DNA of 41,699 nucleotides from contig CAZOCP010000001.1 of NCBI GenBank assembly GCA_964578345.1, positions 70,923 to 112,621 on the forward strand, given 5' to 3'. A program made the position numbers and the translations under genes. This document shows positions 1 to 8,470 of the stretch, piece by piece (within the stretch, counting starts at the first letter, position 1; every line of letters begins with the position of its first letter). This DNA comes from Candidatus Woesearchaeota archaeon. GTDB lineage: Archaea > Nanobdellota > Nanobdellia > Pacearchaeales > GW2011-AR1. The notes beneath the pieces were generated by a model. It was not told where the DNA came from and did no database searches. It worked only from the letters and a program-made list of their open reading frames with translations.

Positions 1-198
1 TTCAGCATTCGCAAACTCTTCATCATCCACATCATCTAATCTATCCTCAGTATTCTCTTCATCATTCACTTGCTCGCCATATGCACCACCCACATTATTC
101 TCTTCCTCTTCGGCCGGAACAATTTGGAAAAAACTCATGAATAGCACAAATACAAATAAACAAACAGAAAGATTTTTGATCATCTCTTTTTCTTTCAT
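1..198 (-). CDS. Partial (runs off the window) exported protein with N-terminal hydrophobic segment and acidic linker
   Basis: Read manually: ATG at 198, MKEKEMIKNLSVCLFVFVLFMSFFQIVPAEEEENNVGG... open to base 1; TATA-like element about 25 bp upstream. Confidence 0.7.
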   Translation of the reverse strand, partial: MKEKEMIKNLSVCLFVFVLFMSFFQIVPAEEEENNVGGAYGEQVNDEENTEDRLDDVDDEEFANAE

Positions 199-234
199 TA
201 TAACACAGAATTTTTCAACTATATAAATATTTCC

Positions 235-672
235 TTAGCATTCTTTTATCTCTTCACTATCAACAATACAAGAGCCTATATTTAAATCAACCTTAAAGTT
301 ACCCTTTAGGCTGTCAAAATAATAAACTTTTTGGCTATTAAGCTCTTGTATAATACATTCCCCGCATCCCTCCCCACATCCCCATTTTTCAGCGCCATTA
401 TATTTATGAAAGACAAATTCAATTTTATCTAAAGGAATAGGCTCCCCATTTCTTAATATATTAACCTTCGTTTTCTGCATCCTATTATCAAAACAAGCAG
501 ATTGAATGTTTAAAGGAGGATCCGCTTTCCATTCAACACAGTCGAACGCCGGCGCAAGCTTGGGAGATTTAACAAAAGTTATGATAAAGGCAGTTAAAAT
601 TCCGATAGCTATAACTCCAATTAGAATTATTCCAACCATCGTTACTATGCTTGAAAGTCCTGTTTTATTCAT
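235..672 (-). CDS. Type IV pilin-like protein (class III signal peptide)
   Basis: MNKTG|LSSIVTMVGIILIGVIAIG basic-Gly then hydrophobic helix; Cys-rich globular domain. Confidence 0.7.
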   Translation of the reverse strand: MNKTGLSSIVTMVGIILIGVIAIGILTAFIITFVKSPKLAPAFDCVEWKADPPLNIQSACFDNRMQKTKVNILRNGEPIPLDKIEFVFHKYNGAEKWGCGEGCGECIIQELNSQKVYYFDSLKGNFKVDLNIGSCIVDSEEIKEC

Positions 673-1805
673 TTTATTTTACACGCTCTTGCTCCTATAT
701 CTTGTAAAAATATATTTGCTAAATTATATTCGTCATCTTTAATCGAAAGGTACATAGCTTGTCGTAGAATAGGAAGAGTCAAAGTAAATTTCCCTTCATT
801 TTCAAAAACTTCGCCATTAATCTCCAGTTCAGCTCCTCCGATAGACGGAGCATCAGTATAAATCAAAGACGGATTAAATTTTCCTGGGGCCCCAATTTCA
901 TTATCTTCTCCATCAATTAAAAAATAAGAAATTCCCCCCGCGCCGTTTCCTCCCACACACCCTCTTTCCATACTTCTTTCTTTTATTTCTATTCTTCTAT
1001 TTTTATAATTCCCCACAATTAAATAATACTGTTGTTTAGAGCAGTCTGTTATTCCAACAACATTCCCAGTAACCCCCCCGAGTATTTTACTCTTTGGTAA
1101 TTTATCTAATATTATCTTTTCATTCCACTTTCCATATTCATTAGAAGATAGTGTTCTCATAATTCCTCTATCTATAGAACGATAATAATCATTCTTTGAA
1201 CATCCTTCAAAACACTTGTCTTCAGATTCAAAGGAGGAGCATTTCTCTTTGCAGTTTGGAGAATTTTTAGATATTTGCGCAGGCACGTACTCTTCATCTA
1301 AAGATACAAAAGCATGGCCAAATTCATGTGCCATTACACTTAAGGGATGCATAATATTAATGCTCATTACATTTTCATATGAAGAGCTTCGGATTTTGTT
1401 TTCATCTCTTCCCAATACAAAAATAAAATCATTAGGGCAGGAAGCTGCTTTCTTAATTAGTTCTAAAGAATGGCAGAATAGGGCAACATCCCTATATCTC
1501 TCACACTTTGGAATATACGAATCAATATAATAAAAATTAAAAGATTCTTTATTTTCATTAAACGGTCTGACTGAAAGCATATAATTCTTGTATTTTTCAA
1601 CATTATTTTTTTCACCAAAAAAAACTATATTAATCGCATTTTCCCCTGAATATAAGAGGGATTTACAGGATTCTAGAGCAGATACAGACGCGATATCCGG
1701 ACTTAATTCCGCATTCCTCGCGACAAAAAACAGCAAACCAATTATAATAATTAAAAAAACAATTATTCCTAAAAAAGCAACCGCCCAAAGATAAGCTGGT
1801 TTCAT
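669..1805 (-). CDS. Membrane-anchored zinc metallopeptidase, M64 (IgA peptidase)-like
   Basis: N-terminal TM helix; AHEFGHAFVSLDEEY zincin motif followed by NC, FEGC and IMR segments typical of M64. Confidence 0.75.
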   Translation of the reverse strand: MKPAYLWAVAFLGIIVFLIIIIGLLFFVARNAELSPDIASVSALESCKSLLYSGENAINIVFFGEKNNVEKYKNYMLSVRPFNENKESFNFYYIDSYIPKCERYRDVALFCHSLELIKKAASCPNDFIFVLGRDENKIRSSSYENVMSINIMHPLSVMAHEFGHAFVSLDEEYVPAQISKNSPNCKEKCSSFESEDKCFEGCSKNDYYRSIDRGIMRTLSSNEYGKWNEKIILDKLPKSKILGGVTGNVVGITDCSKQQYYLIVGNYKNRRIEIKERSMERGCVGGNGAGGISYFLIDGEDNEIGAPGKFNPSLIYTDAPSIGGAELEINGEVFENEGKFTLTLPILRQAMYLSIKDDEYNLANIFLQDIGARACKIK

Positions 1806-1856
1806 AAAAAATCAATTAAAAACAAGGTTAAATAAGTTGCGATTTTGATCTAGGCA

Positions 1857-2021
1857 CTATTTGCTTTTTTCTAATTCAGATATTCTTTCGGCCACTGCCT
1901 TTGTTTCTTTGTCTAGATTTTCTTTATATTCTTTTAATATCTCAATTCTTTCAGCTCTAGTTAAAAAATGTCTAGATTCATTACCAATTAAACCGCAGCC
2001 GGAATTACAATATGCTTCCAT
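1857..2021 (-). CDS. Small coiled-coil protein (54 aa), DUF5320-like, divergent from PadR
   Basis: Not in ORF track; read manually: MEAYCNSGCGLIGNESRHFLTRAERIEILKEYKENLDKETKAVAERISELEKSK; strong SD GGAGGTG at 2034-2028. Confidence 0.75.
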   Translation of the reverse strand: MEAYCNSGCGLIGNESRHFLTRAERIEILKEYKENLDKETKAVAERISELEKSK

Positions 2022-2060
2022 ATTCAGCACCTCCTTTCATATAACTTTTCAGTTTTATAT

Positions 2061-2117
2061 TATCGGTCATCCGATATAAGATAGAAGCAAGTATTTAAAT
2101 ATATCGGTTACCCAATA
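2061..2117. promoter_or_regulatory. Two palindromic operator-like sites TATCGG-N4-CC(G/A)ATA between divergent genes
   Basis: TATCGGtcatCCGATA at 2061-2076 (perfect) and TATCGGttacCCAATA at 2102-2117, the latter just downstream of a TTTAAATA TATA box. Confidence 0.65.
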
Positions 2118-2122
2118 ATTCA

Positions 2123-2428
2123 ATGATGAAACCAAAAAAAGAAGAAGACTGTTGTGATATGCGGGGCATGCTTTCTTTTTTAATTCTTTTTCTTCTTTCT
2201 AAGAAAGAAATGCATGGACAGGAGATCTCATCTGAATTAGAAAGAAGAAAAGGAGACCGCCCCAGTCCCGGAACCATTTATCCAGCGCTCAAATCTTTAA
2301 ATCAGGCAGGGCTCATTAAAGAGAAGAAAAGAGGAAAAATAATTATTTATAATTTGACACGTAAAGGAAAACGCGTACTGAAAATAGCAAAACAAAAATT
2401 CTGCAGGACATTTCTTGGGCTATATTAA
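2123..2428 (+). CDS. PadR-family transcriptional regulator
   Basis: ILFLL..MHGQEI..SPGTIYPALKSL..GLI..YNLTRKG winged-helix signature. Confidence 0.92.
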   Translation: MMKPKKEEDCCDMRGMLSFLILFLLSKKEMHGQEISSELERRKGDRPSPGTIYPALKSLNQAGLIKEKKRGKIIIYNLTRKGKRVLKIAKQKFCRTFLGLY

Positions 2429-2499
2429 TTAGACGAAATTCCTTCGCTTAGCCCGAGCGATTAAATAAATTAAATAAGAACTTAAACCTTAAGTCAATC

Positions 2500-2916
2500 C
2501 TACCAAACTGCAAGAATTCCGCCATTTATCAACAGAGAAACAAGATAGTATCCTGAATTTATACAATAAAGTTTCCAAGATTTGCCTTCCCATAAAACCA
2601 TTCCAAGCATTGTTGTCGCTATAAATCCCAGCCAAATCCATCCTCCTGCCTGAAGTCCCCCGGAGAAAGTTGTTGCTTCAGCATAATCCACAAAATGTGC
2701 AAGTACAAAACTCATTATAAATGCACCTACAAATCCAAGAAAATAACGCCCGCCCATTCCTTTAGATTTTTCAGCATCTATATCCTTTTTGCTAAGTTTG
2801 CTCAAACGCATCCATACATTACCAAACATACCTGGAGAATACCATAGCATTCCTAAAATCATAGAAACAAGCGCAGCAACTATTACAGCCCAGTAATTAA
2901 TAACTGCTTCTACCAT
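2500..2916 (-). CDS. DUF1761-family membrane protein
   Basis: INYWAVIVAA..LGMLWYSP..FG..W; four TM helices; INSGY motif. Confidence 0.85.
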   Translation of the reverse strand: MVEAVINYWAVIVAALVSMILGMLWYSPGMFGNVWMRLSKLSKKDIDAEKSKGMGGRYFLGFVGAFIMSFVLAHFVDYAEATTFSGGLQAGGWIWLGFIATTMLGMVLWEGKSWKLYCINSGYYLVSLLINGGILAVW

Positions 2917-2946
2917 GAAAACTTTAAAACTTATTAGTTTATAAAT

Positions 2947-4029
2947 TTATCCAAAAGTAAAAGTATAGGCTTGCAAGCCAGAAGTCGTTCTCAGCTCAAC
3001 AACTCTCTCTTTATAGGAAGAATCATTAAGAATAGTATACAGCCCATAATTCTCAATTGTTATATTATTTAAATTATCTCCGTCGATAAACACTTCTATT
3101 TCCGTCGAAGTTTTGGCTCCAGCCACAAAATGAACTTCTTTTGCTAAATATTTAAGCAAGATTTTTCCATTTTCCTCTTCTAGCGCCATATGGTCTGGGT
3201 TATTTTTCCACTTGCCATAAAGATAGAATTTATTTTTCTCTAAATTAGATGGAAGGGAATAAATTACTGCATTGTCATTTTGCCATCCTTCCTTATTGCC
3301 AATTTGGTTTCTATTATATTTGTAACCAAAGTAAATCTCTGGAGTAATTTCGCTAGGGATGACAGAAATGTCCTCTTTCTTTATTTGCTCTTCTATAGAT
3401 ACATTCAGGCCAAGAATCTCAACTCGTTCTTTTAGCAATTCCTGTATTTTGCGTTCTGTTTCTTCATACCCTCCTTCGCCAATGTGATCATAAATAATAA
3501 ATCCGTCGATATCAATAAGATACTTTCTTGGCCAAAATCGATTTTTATATGCATACCATGTCGCCCGTTCATTATCTTGGACAACAGGATATTTAATGTA
3601 GTATTTTTCAATCGCTTTTGCTACATTATCTCTCTCTCTTTCAAATTCAAATTCAGGAGTATGCACCCCAATGATGACCAGCCCCCTGTCTCTGTATTTT
3701 TCATACCATTGGTTAAGATAAGGTATAGTTCTCTGGCAATTAATACAGCTGTATGTCCAAAAATCAACTAAAACAATATTTTTCCCAATATTTTCAGAAA
3801 TAGTAATATTTTTCACATTAAGATATCCGCTTGGATTCACAAGCTCAATTGCTCTGGGATACTCTCTTGCTTTTTCTACAACCCTCGGAGAAGAGAAATC
3901 CGTCCCAGCAATTAGTTCTTTATTTATTTTCTGCTCAGGAGGACCATTCATTTTCTCAAGAAAAAAAATTGTCGCAATAATAGCTAATACTGCAAAAAGT
4001 AAAACAAAAATATTTTTTTTAATTTTCAT
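2947..4029 (-). CDS. Membrane-anchored thioredoxin-fold protein (DipZ C-terminal-like redoxin plus beta-sandwich)
   Basis: VDFWTYSCINCQR, GVHTPEF, GEGGY and C-terminal AYTFTFG as in DipZ; start moved to MKIKK (4029). Confidence 0.88.
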   Translation of the reverse strand: MKIKKNIFVLLFAVLAIIATIFFLEKMNGPPEQKINKELIAGTDFSSPRVVEKAREYPRAIELVNPSGYLNVKNITISENIGKNIVLVDFWTYSCINCQRTIPYLNQWYEKYRDRGLVIIGVHTPEFEFERERDNVAKAIEKYYIKYPVVQDNERATWYAYKNRFWPRKYLIDIDGFIIYDHIGEGGYEETERKIQELLKERVEILGLNVSIEEQIKKEDISVIPSEITPEIYFGYKYNRNQIGNKEGWQNDNAVIYSLPSNLEKNKFYLYGKWKNNPDHMALEEENGKILLKYLAKEVHFVAGAKTSTEIEVFIDGDNLNNITIENYGLYTILNDSSYKERVVELRTTSGLQAYTFTFG

Positions 4030-4789
4030 CTTTATTAATGCTTGTCGAAGCAAGATACGAAAGAAACCCAGGAATAATCGGCAAAACACACGGGCTAAGG
4101 AAAGATATCAACCCAGCAAAAAATGCAATTCCTATATTAACCAGATTTAAAGAGCCAATAGTTCCGCCCAAACTAGTTCCCAATCCCAGATTCGTCAAAA
4201 ATTCACTTACAAATTCAAGATTTGCAACTCTATTTAGTTGTTGCGTAAAAACTAATATCCCTAAAATTATAAGAACAACTCCAAAAAAATATTGGAAATA
4301 TTTTAGCCACTTTCCAGCACGTAGAATTATTGCTTGAGCCTGTGTTGTAAATAGTCCTACAAAAAGGAAAGGAATTCCCAGGCCAAGAGTATACGCCATT
4401 AGCAAAATAAAAGCACTAGAAGCATTCGTTGCAGCTAGAGCAAGAATTGCTCCAAGAGCAGCACTCACACAAGGAGTCCATCCAACAGCAAACGCAGCCC
4501 CAAAAACAAAAGAAGTTGCATATTGAGATCCAAATCTTTTTTTCACAAGAATTTTATGCTCTCTTTGCAAAAAAGAAGGGGTTATCAAGCCTAATAGAAA
4601 AAGCCCAAATAAAATAATAACAACTCCTCCTACTCTTCCCAGCCATTCTTGGACAGTATACGAAACATTACTCAACACAGTCTCCAATAAAACCCCGATC
4701 AAGGAGAATATAATTGAAAAACCCAGAACAAAAAACACACTGCTTAAAAAAATATTCCAATCATATCTATGCTCTTTTCGATTTTTCAT
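4019..4789 (-). CDS. ccdA: CcdA/DsbD-beta transmembrane electron carrier, circularly permuted
   Basis: GWTPC motif mid-protein and AFFAGLISFLSPCVLPIIP motif at the C-terminus; multiple TM helices. Confidence 0.85.
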   Translation of the reverse strand: MKNRKEHRYDWNIFLSSVFFVLGFSIIFSLIGVLLETVLSNVSYTVQEWLGRVGGVVIILFGLFLLGLITPSFLQREHKILVKKRFGSQYATSFVFGAAFAVGWTPCVSAALGAILALAATNASSAFILLMAYTLGLGIPFLFVGLFTTQAQAIILRAGKWLKYFQYFFGVVLIILGILVFTQQLNRVANLEFVSEFLTNLGLGTSLGGTIGSLNLVNIGIAFFAGLISFLSPCVLPIIPGFLSYLASTSINKDEN

Positions 4790-5262
4790 GAATTTTGTAA
4801 TTGTTCCAAATATCTTTCTTTGCTCCAGCTGTCTGGAGACTTCAATACTTGTTTTCCATCCTTTATAATTATTTTAGTATGTTGATACGAAACCCCAAAT
4901 TCTTTAGCCAGCGCCTCTTCTTCTTTTTCCGTTTCACTATCTTTATAATTTACCCTAAATCCAACAATATTTAAATTTTTAAGTTCATCAAATGCTTCAG
5001 CAATTTCTGTCTGTTCATTTTTACAAATAGGGCACCAATTAGCATAAAAATATAAAACAATAGTTTTATTATCAGCCAAGGCTTTTTCATAATTCTCCTG
5101 AGTAAAAATTACATAATTGCTCCCCGCCCCTTCTATTTCAACGGCAGGGATTTTTTTGTCTTCTCTATCTTCCTTTTTTACTAAATTATCTTGAATAACT
5201 ATAAAAAACATTACAATAACAATAAGGACAATTGCAATTGAAAGTGGTAATATTTTTTTCAT
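4786..5262 (-). CDS. Membrane-anchored thioredoxin-family protein
   Basis: N-terminal TM; LYFYANWCPIC active site; start moved to MKKILP (5262). Confidence 0.85.
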   Translation of the reverse strand: MKKILPLSIAIVLIVIVMFFIVIQDNLVKKEDREDKKIPAVEIEGAGSNYVIFTQENYEKALADNKTIVLYFYANWCPICKNEQTEIAEAFDELKNLNIVGFRVNYKDSETEKEEEALAKEFGVSYQHTKIIIKDGKQVLKSPDSWSKERYLEQLQNS

Positions 5263-5403
5263 ATAAAATAAGAGAGATATTTGTTTATATACTCTTTCAA
5301 TAATATCTTCTGTAAATCTTGCTAAATTTATCTTCAAAGCCTGCTCTCAACATAGCCTTAACAATTGAAACATTTATAATACTCATAAAGGTTTTTCTAA
5401 CGT

Positions 5404-5526
5404 GCCTCTATAGCTCAGTTGGTTAGAGTACGAGTTTCGTAAGCTTTGAAATAATTTTCAAGCAGATTGTCAATCTCAAGAAATCGAAAAAACTCGGGGT
5501 CGGGGGTTCAATCCCCCCTAGAGGCT
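5404..5526 (+). tRNA. tRNA-Thr(CGU) with a 49-nt intron at canonical position 37/38 (5442-5490); CCA not encoded
   Basis: Acceptor GCCTCTA/TAGAGGC plus discriminator T; D-arm GCTC..GAGT; anticodon stem CGAGT/ACTCG with CGT at 5438-5440; T-arm GGGGG-TTCAATC-CCCCC; central helix TTCG/CGAA flanked by 3-nt bulges. Confidence 0.9.
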
Positions 5527-5635
5527 TATCCCAAGACAAGATTTTTCAAAAAGGTTATTTACTTTTAAATAACACAGCAATATTTATAAAAAAGTACTTT
5601 TTAATTATATAGCTTATATAAAAATATTCGACAAA

Positions 5636-5863
5636 ATGGGAAGCTGCATTGACTTAAGAAAGTGGCAGGATTCAAGCTCTATCCAAGAAGCATATTCAAA
5701 ATTAGTCTCAGGCGGAAGACCAGGATATAAAGCATTCATAGAAAGAAAAAAAGACCTGCCTAAATGCCAGCACTGCCCCATTGAAGGACAATGTAATGGG
5801 TGCTCTCAAGGAATACTTAACGAACAGAAATTTTGCGCCGATTGCGGACACAAGTTAAACTAA
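5636..5863 (+). CDS. Small Cys-rich zinc-ribbon protein
   Basis: CQHC, CNGC and CADC pairs; TATA upstream. Confidence 0.65.
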   Translation: MGSCIDLRKWQDSSSIQEAYSKLVSGGRPGYKAFIERKKDLPKCQHCPIEGQCNGCSQGILNEQKFCADCGHKLN

Positions 5864-5979
5864 ACACAAAGAAGGAGCGTCAAGTTTTCATAGCTTGATT
5901 AATTTGTACGCAATACCTCTATAAAGAAAAGGTTTAAAAACTTACAAACAGTATTTATCATACAGCAGGAATAGAAGCA

Positions 5980-6252
5980 ATGACTAGAAAGACAGAAAAT
6001 GAAAATAAGGAAGTAAGAGCAAATACCCCCAGTATTGGAAAAATTAGTAATCTGGAAAAAAATAAATCTCTTGAACACAGTGTGATTCTTACTATTACAG
6101 TAGGAGCATTTATTGCAAGCATATTTTTTTTATCTTCTAGTCTAACTGGAAATGTAATTGGCGATTTAAATCAGACCTCATCTAGCTGGATTGGAGGAGT
6201 ATTATTTATTATTGGAGCAGGCGGAGCATTTACCTATTTAAAAAGAAGATAG
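5980..6252 (+). CDS. Small two-TM membrane protein with TGNVI motif
   Basis: Two hydrophobic helices joined by SLTGNVIG; basic C-terminus. Confidence 0.65.
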   Translation: MTRKTENENKEVRANTPSIGKISNLEKNKSLEHSVILTITVGAFIASIFFLSSSLTGNVIGDLNQTSSSWIGGVLFIIGAGGAFTYLKRR

Positions 6253-6265
6253 AAAAATTATAGAA

Positions 6266-6548
6266 ACCGCATTTCTTTTTAGCCTAAAAAACCACAGTTT
6301 TTGTGCAAAAAAGAAAACACTAAACTTCTAGGTGATGTCAGAAATGCGGTGAAAACCGCGCCCCTTAGGGCGCTGCATTTCTGAGCATCCAAAACACGAG
6401 CGCCTGTCACAAACCTCGCCTCATCAAGAATTGGAAGTTCTTGACTGCCATCGAGGACAAGAGTCCCCGAGGTTTAAGCCGAGGTGGCACATCGTTTCAC
6501 CAAGAACTTAGTGTTCTTGGGTGCGCTCAGGAATCTTCGATTCCTGAC
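6266..6548. repeat. Hairpin-rich non-coding region containing copy 1 (6351-6497) of a dispersed structured repeat
   Basis: Inverted repeats ACCGCATTTCT/AGAAATGCGGT (6266-6276/6340-6350), AAACCTCG/CGAGGTTT, CCAAGAAC/GTTCTTGG and TCAGGAATC/GATTCCTGA; 6351-6386 matches 8331-8366 at 34/36. Confidence 0.8.
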
Positions 6549-6625
6549 GTTTTGATATTGAAATTTACTTTCTACATAGCTGAACACAAAGATACTTTTA
6601 TTAATCCATTATCTATTATTCATCT

Positions 6626-8311
6626 ATGAAGGAAAAAGCTGCTGAATTATTAGCGAAACAACTTTCTTTAAAAAAAGAAGACATTCTTTTGCATATAGAA
6701 ACTCCCCCAACACCATCTCTAGGAGACTATGCTTTTCCTTGTTTTAATTTATCTAAAGAGCTTAAAAAAAGTCCATCAGATATTTCTAAAGATATCTCAA
6801 GAACTCTAAAAAGCAGATATTTCGAGAGGATTGAATCAAATGGACCATATATAAACTTCTTTATCAATAGAAATGCTTTAGCCAAGGAAATTCTTGAGAA
6901 AATACTTAAGGAAAAAGGCGCATACGGCTCTGGCAGTCTAAAAGAAAAAGTAGTTATTGAATTTCTAAGCCCAAACACAAATAAACCTCTTCATATAGGC
7001 CATGCTCGTAATATAATATTAGGGCAGGCAATTTCAAATATTCTTTCTTTTATGGGCAACGAGGTGCACTTTGTAAATTTATACAATGATAGGGGAGTTC
7101 ACATTTGTAAATCTATGGTTGCCTATGATTTATTCGGAAACAAGACCAATCCAGAAAAATCGAAGAAAAAACCAGATCATTTTGTAGGAGATTTCTATGT
7201 TCGTTTTTCAGAGGAATTTAAAAAAGATTCTAAGCTTGAGGTTATCGCGCAGGAATATCTAAAAAGATGGGAAAAAGGGGACAAAAAGATACTCTTGCTA
7301 TGGAAAAAAATGAATTCTTGGGCAGTTCAAGGATTTAAACAAACCTATAAATTATTCGGTTTAAACATAGAAAAAAACTATTATGAATCCAAGATATACA
7401 ACAAAGGAAAAGAAATCATTGAGGAAGGAATAAAAAAAGGAGTAGTTAAAAGAAAACCAGATGGGGCTCTTTATATAGATCTATCAGAAGAAGGACTCGG
7501 AGAGAAAATTCTTTTACGCTCAGATGGAACTTCAATTTATATAACTCAAGATGTATATCTTGCTCTTCTAAAATATAAAGAATTTCATTTTGATAAATCA
7601 ATTATTATTAGCGCCACAGAACAGCGCCATCATTTTAAAGTATTGTCTTCAGTTCTCAATAAACTAGGATATCAAAGGGAGGCAAAAAGTATCCATTTAG
7701 ATTATGGAATGGTTAATTTAGAGTCAGGAAGAATGAAGTCTAGGGAAGGGAAAGTAGTAGATACAGACGACCTAATAGAGGAAATGAAATTTCTCGCAGC
7801 AGAAGAAATAAGTAGCAGGCATAAAAAAATTTCAAAAACAGAAAAAAACAAACGCGCGCAAACAATTACCCTTGCAGCTTTAAGATACTATTTTCTTAAA
7901 GTAGAAAGAATTAAAGGCCTAACTTTCAAACCTCGAGAGTCGCTGCGTTTTGATGGAGATACAGGACCATACTTGCTTTATACATATTCTCGCGCAAAAA
8001 GTATAATTTCTAATTTAAAAAGAAATTCGAATATCTCAATTAATTCACCAATCCACGATAAGGAAAAAGAAATTCTTTTGCAACTTTCTAATTTTCCAAG
8101 CGCAGTATTTCAAGCATATAATTCTCTCTCCCCAAACATTATAGCTAACTACGCTTTTCATTTAGCGCAGACTTTTAATCAGTTTTATCACAATGAAAAG
8201 GTTCTCGGATCATCACAAGAAAGATTCAGGGGCTCTTTAGTCAAAGCAGTTGCGCAAGTATTATGCAACTCTTTTTATTTGTTAAATATGTCTTACTTAG
8301 AGAAAATGTAA
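6626..8311 (+). CDS. argS: Arginine--tRNA ligase
   Basis: GDYAFPCF, SPNTNKPLHIGH (HIGH), GRMKSREG, GDTGPYLLY and FNQFY motifs. Confidence 0.97.
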   Translation: MKEKAAELLAKQLSLKKEDILLHIETPPTPSLGDYAFPCFNLSKELKKSPSDISKDISRTLKSRYFERIESNGPYINFFINRNALAKEILEKILKEKGAYGSGSLKEKVVIEFLSPNTNKPLHIGHARNIILGQAISNILSFMGNEVHFVNLYNDRGVHICKSMVAYDLFGNKTNPEKSKKKPDHFVGDFYVRFSEEFKKDSKLEVIAQEYLKRWEKGDKKILLLWKKMNSWAVQGFKQTYKLFGLNIEKNYYESKIYNKGKEIIEEGIKKGVVKRKPDGALYIDLSEEGLGEKILLRSDGTSIYITQDVYLALLKYKEFHFDKSIIISATEQRHHFKVLSSVLNKLGYQREAKSIHLDYGMVNLESGRMKSREGKVVDTDDLIEEMKFLAAEEISSRHKKISKTEKNKRAQTITLAALRYYFLKVERIKGLTFKPRESLRFDGDTGPYLLYTYSRAKSIISNLKRNSNISINSPIHDKEKEILLQLSNFPSAVFQAYNSLSPNIIANYAFHLAQTFNQFYHNEKVLGSSQERFRGSLVKAVAQVLCNSFYLLNMSYLEKM

Positions 8312-8330
8312 TTATGTTAAGGAACTTGAC

Positions 8331-8422
8331 GAAAACCGCGCCCTCTAGGGCGCTGCATTTCTGAGCTCAAAAAAATGAGCGCCCATTCAACCATGTCTAA
8401 AGGCAGAGGTGGCGCATCGTTT
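8331..8422. repeat. Copy 2 of the structured dispersed repeat (direct orientation relative to copy 1)
   Basis: GAAAACCGCGCCCTCTAGGGCGCTGCATTTCTGAGC...GAGCGCC...GAGGTGGCGCATCGTTT shares both ends with 6351-6497. Confidence 0.8.
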
Positions 8423-8470
8423 TTTTATCATCACAGCAAATCTTAAATAGCCTGAGTTTTCTAAATCAAT

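Noticed and set aside
1861-2079. 72-aa plus-strand ORF
   Set aside because: Antisense shadow of the SD-led minus-strand gene 1857-2021; the other short antisense ORFs inside long genes were rejected likewise
2444-2460. Short hairpin TCGCTT-AGCCC-GAGCGA, and similarly GTTTTG..CAAAAC near 41580-41606
   Set aside because: Stems too short and no second copy in the window; chance or simple terminator structures cannot be excluded
2947-5262. Cytochrome c maturation system
   Set aside because: No heme lyase or recognisable cytochrome gene here; the cluster fits general extracytoplasmic thiol reduction
5404-6260. Integrated element at tRNA-Thr
   Set aside because: No duplicated tRNA 3' end and no integrase seen in the window
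6441-6629. 62-aa ORF upstream of argS
   Set aside because: TTG start within the palindromic repeat region; no protein-like features
6351-8422. 36-bp repeats as a CRISPR array
   Set aside because: Only two copies, 2 kb apart with argS between them; no regular spacers or cas genes
8331-8422. Hammerhead ribozyme in the repeat (CTGA and GAAA present)
   Set aside because: The CUGANGA core is absent and the stems do not fit the topology
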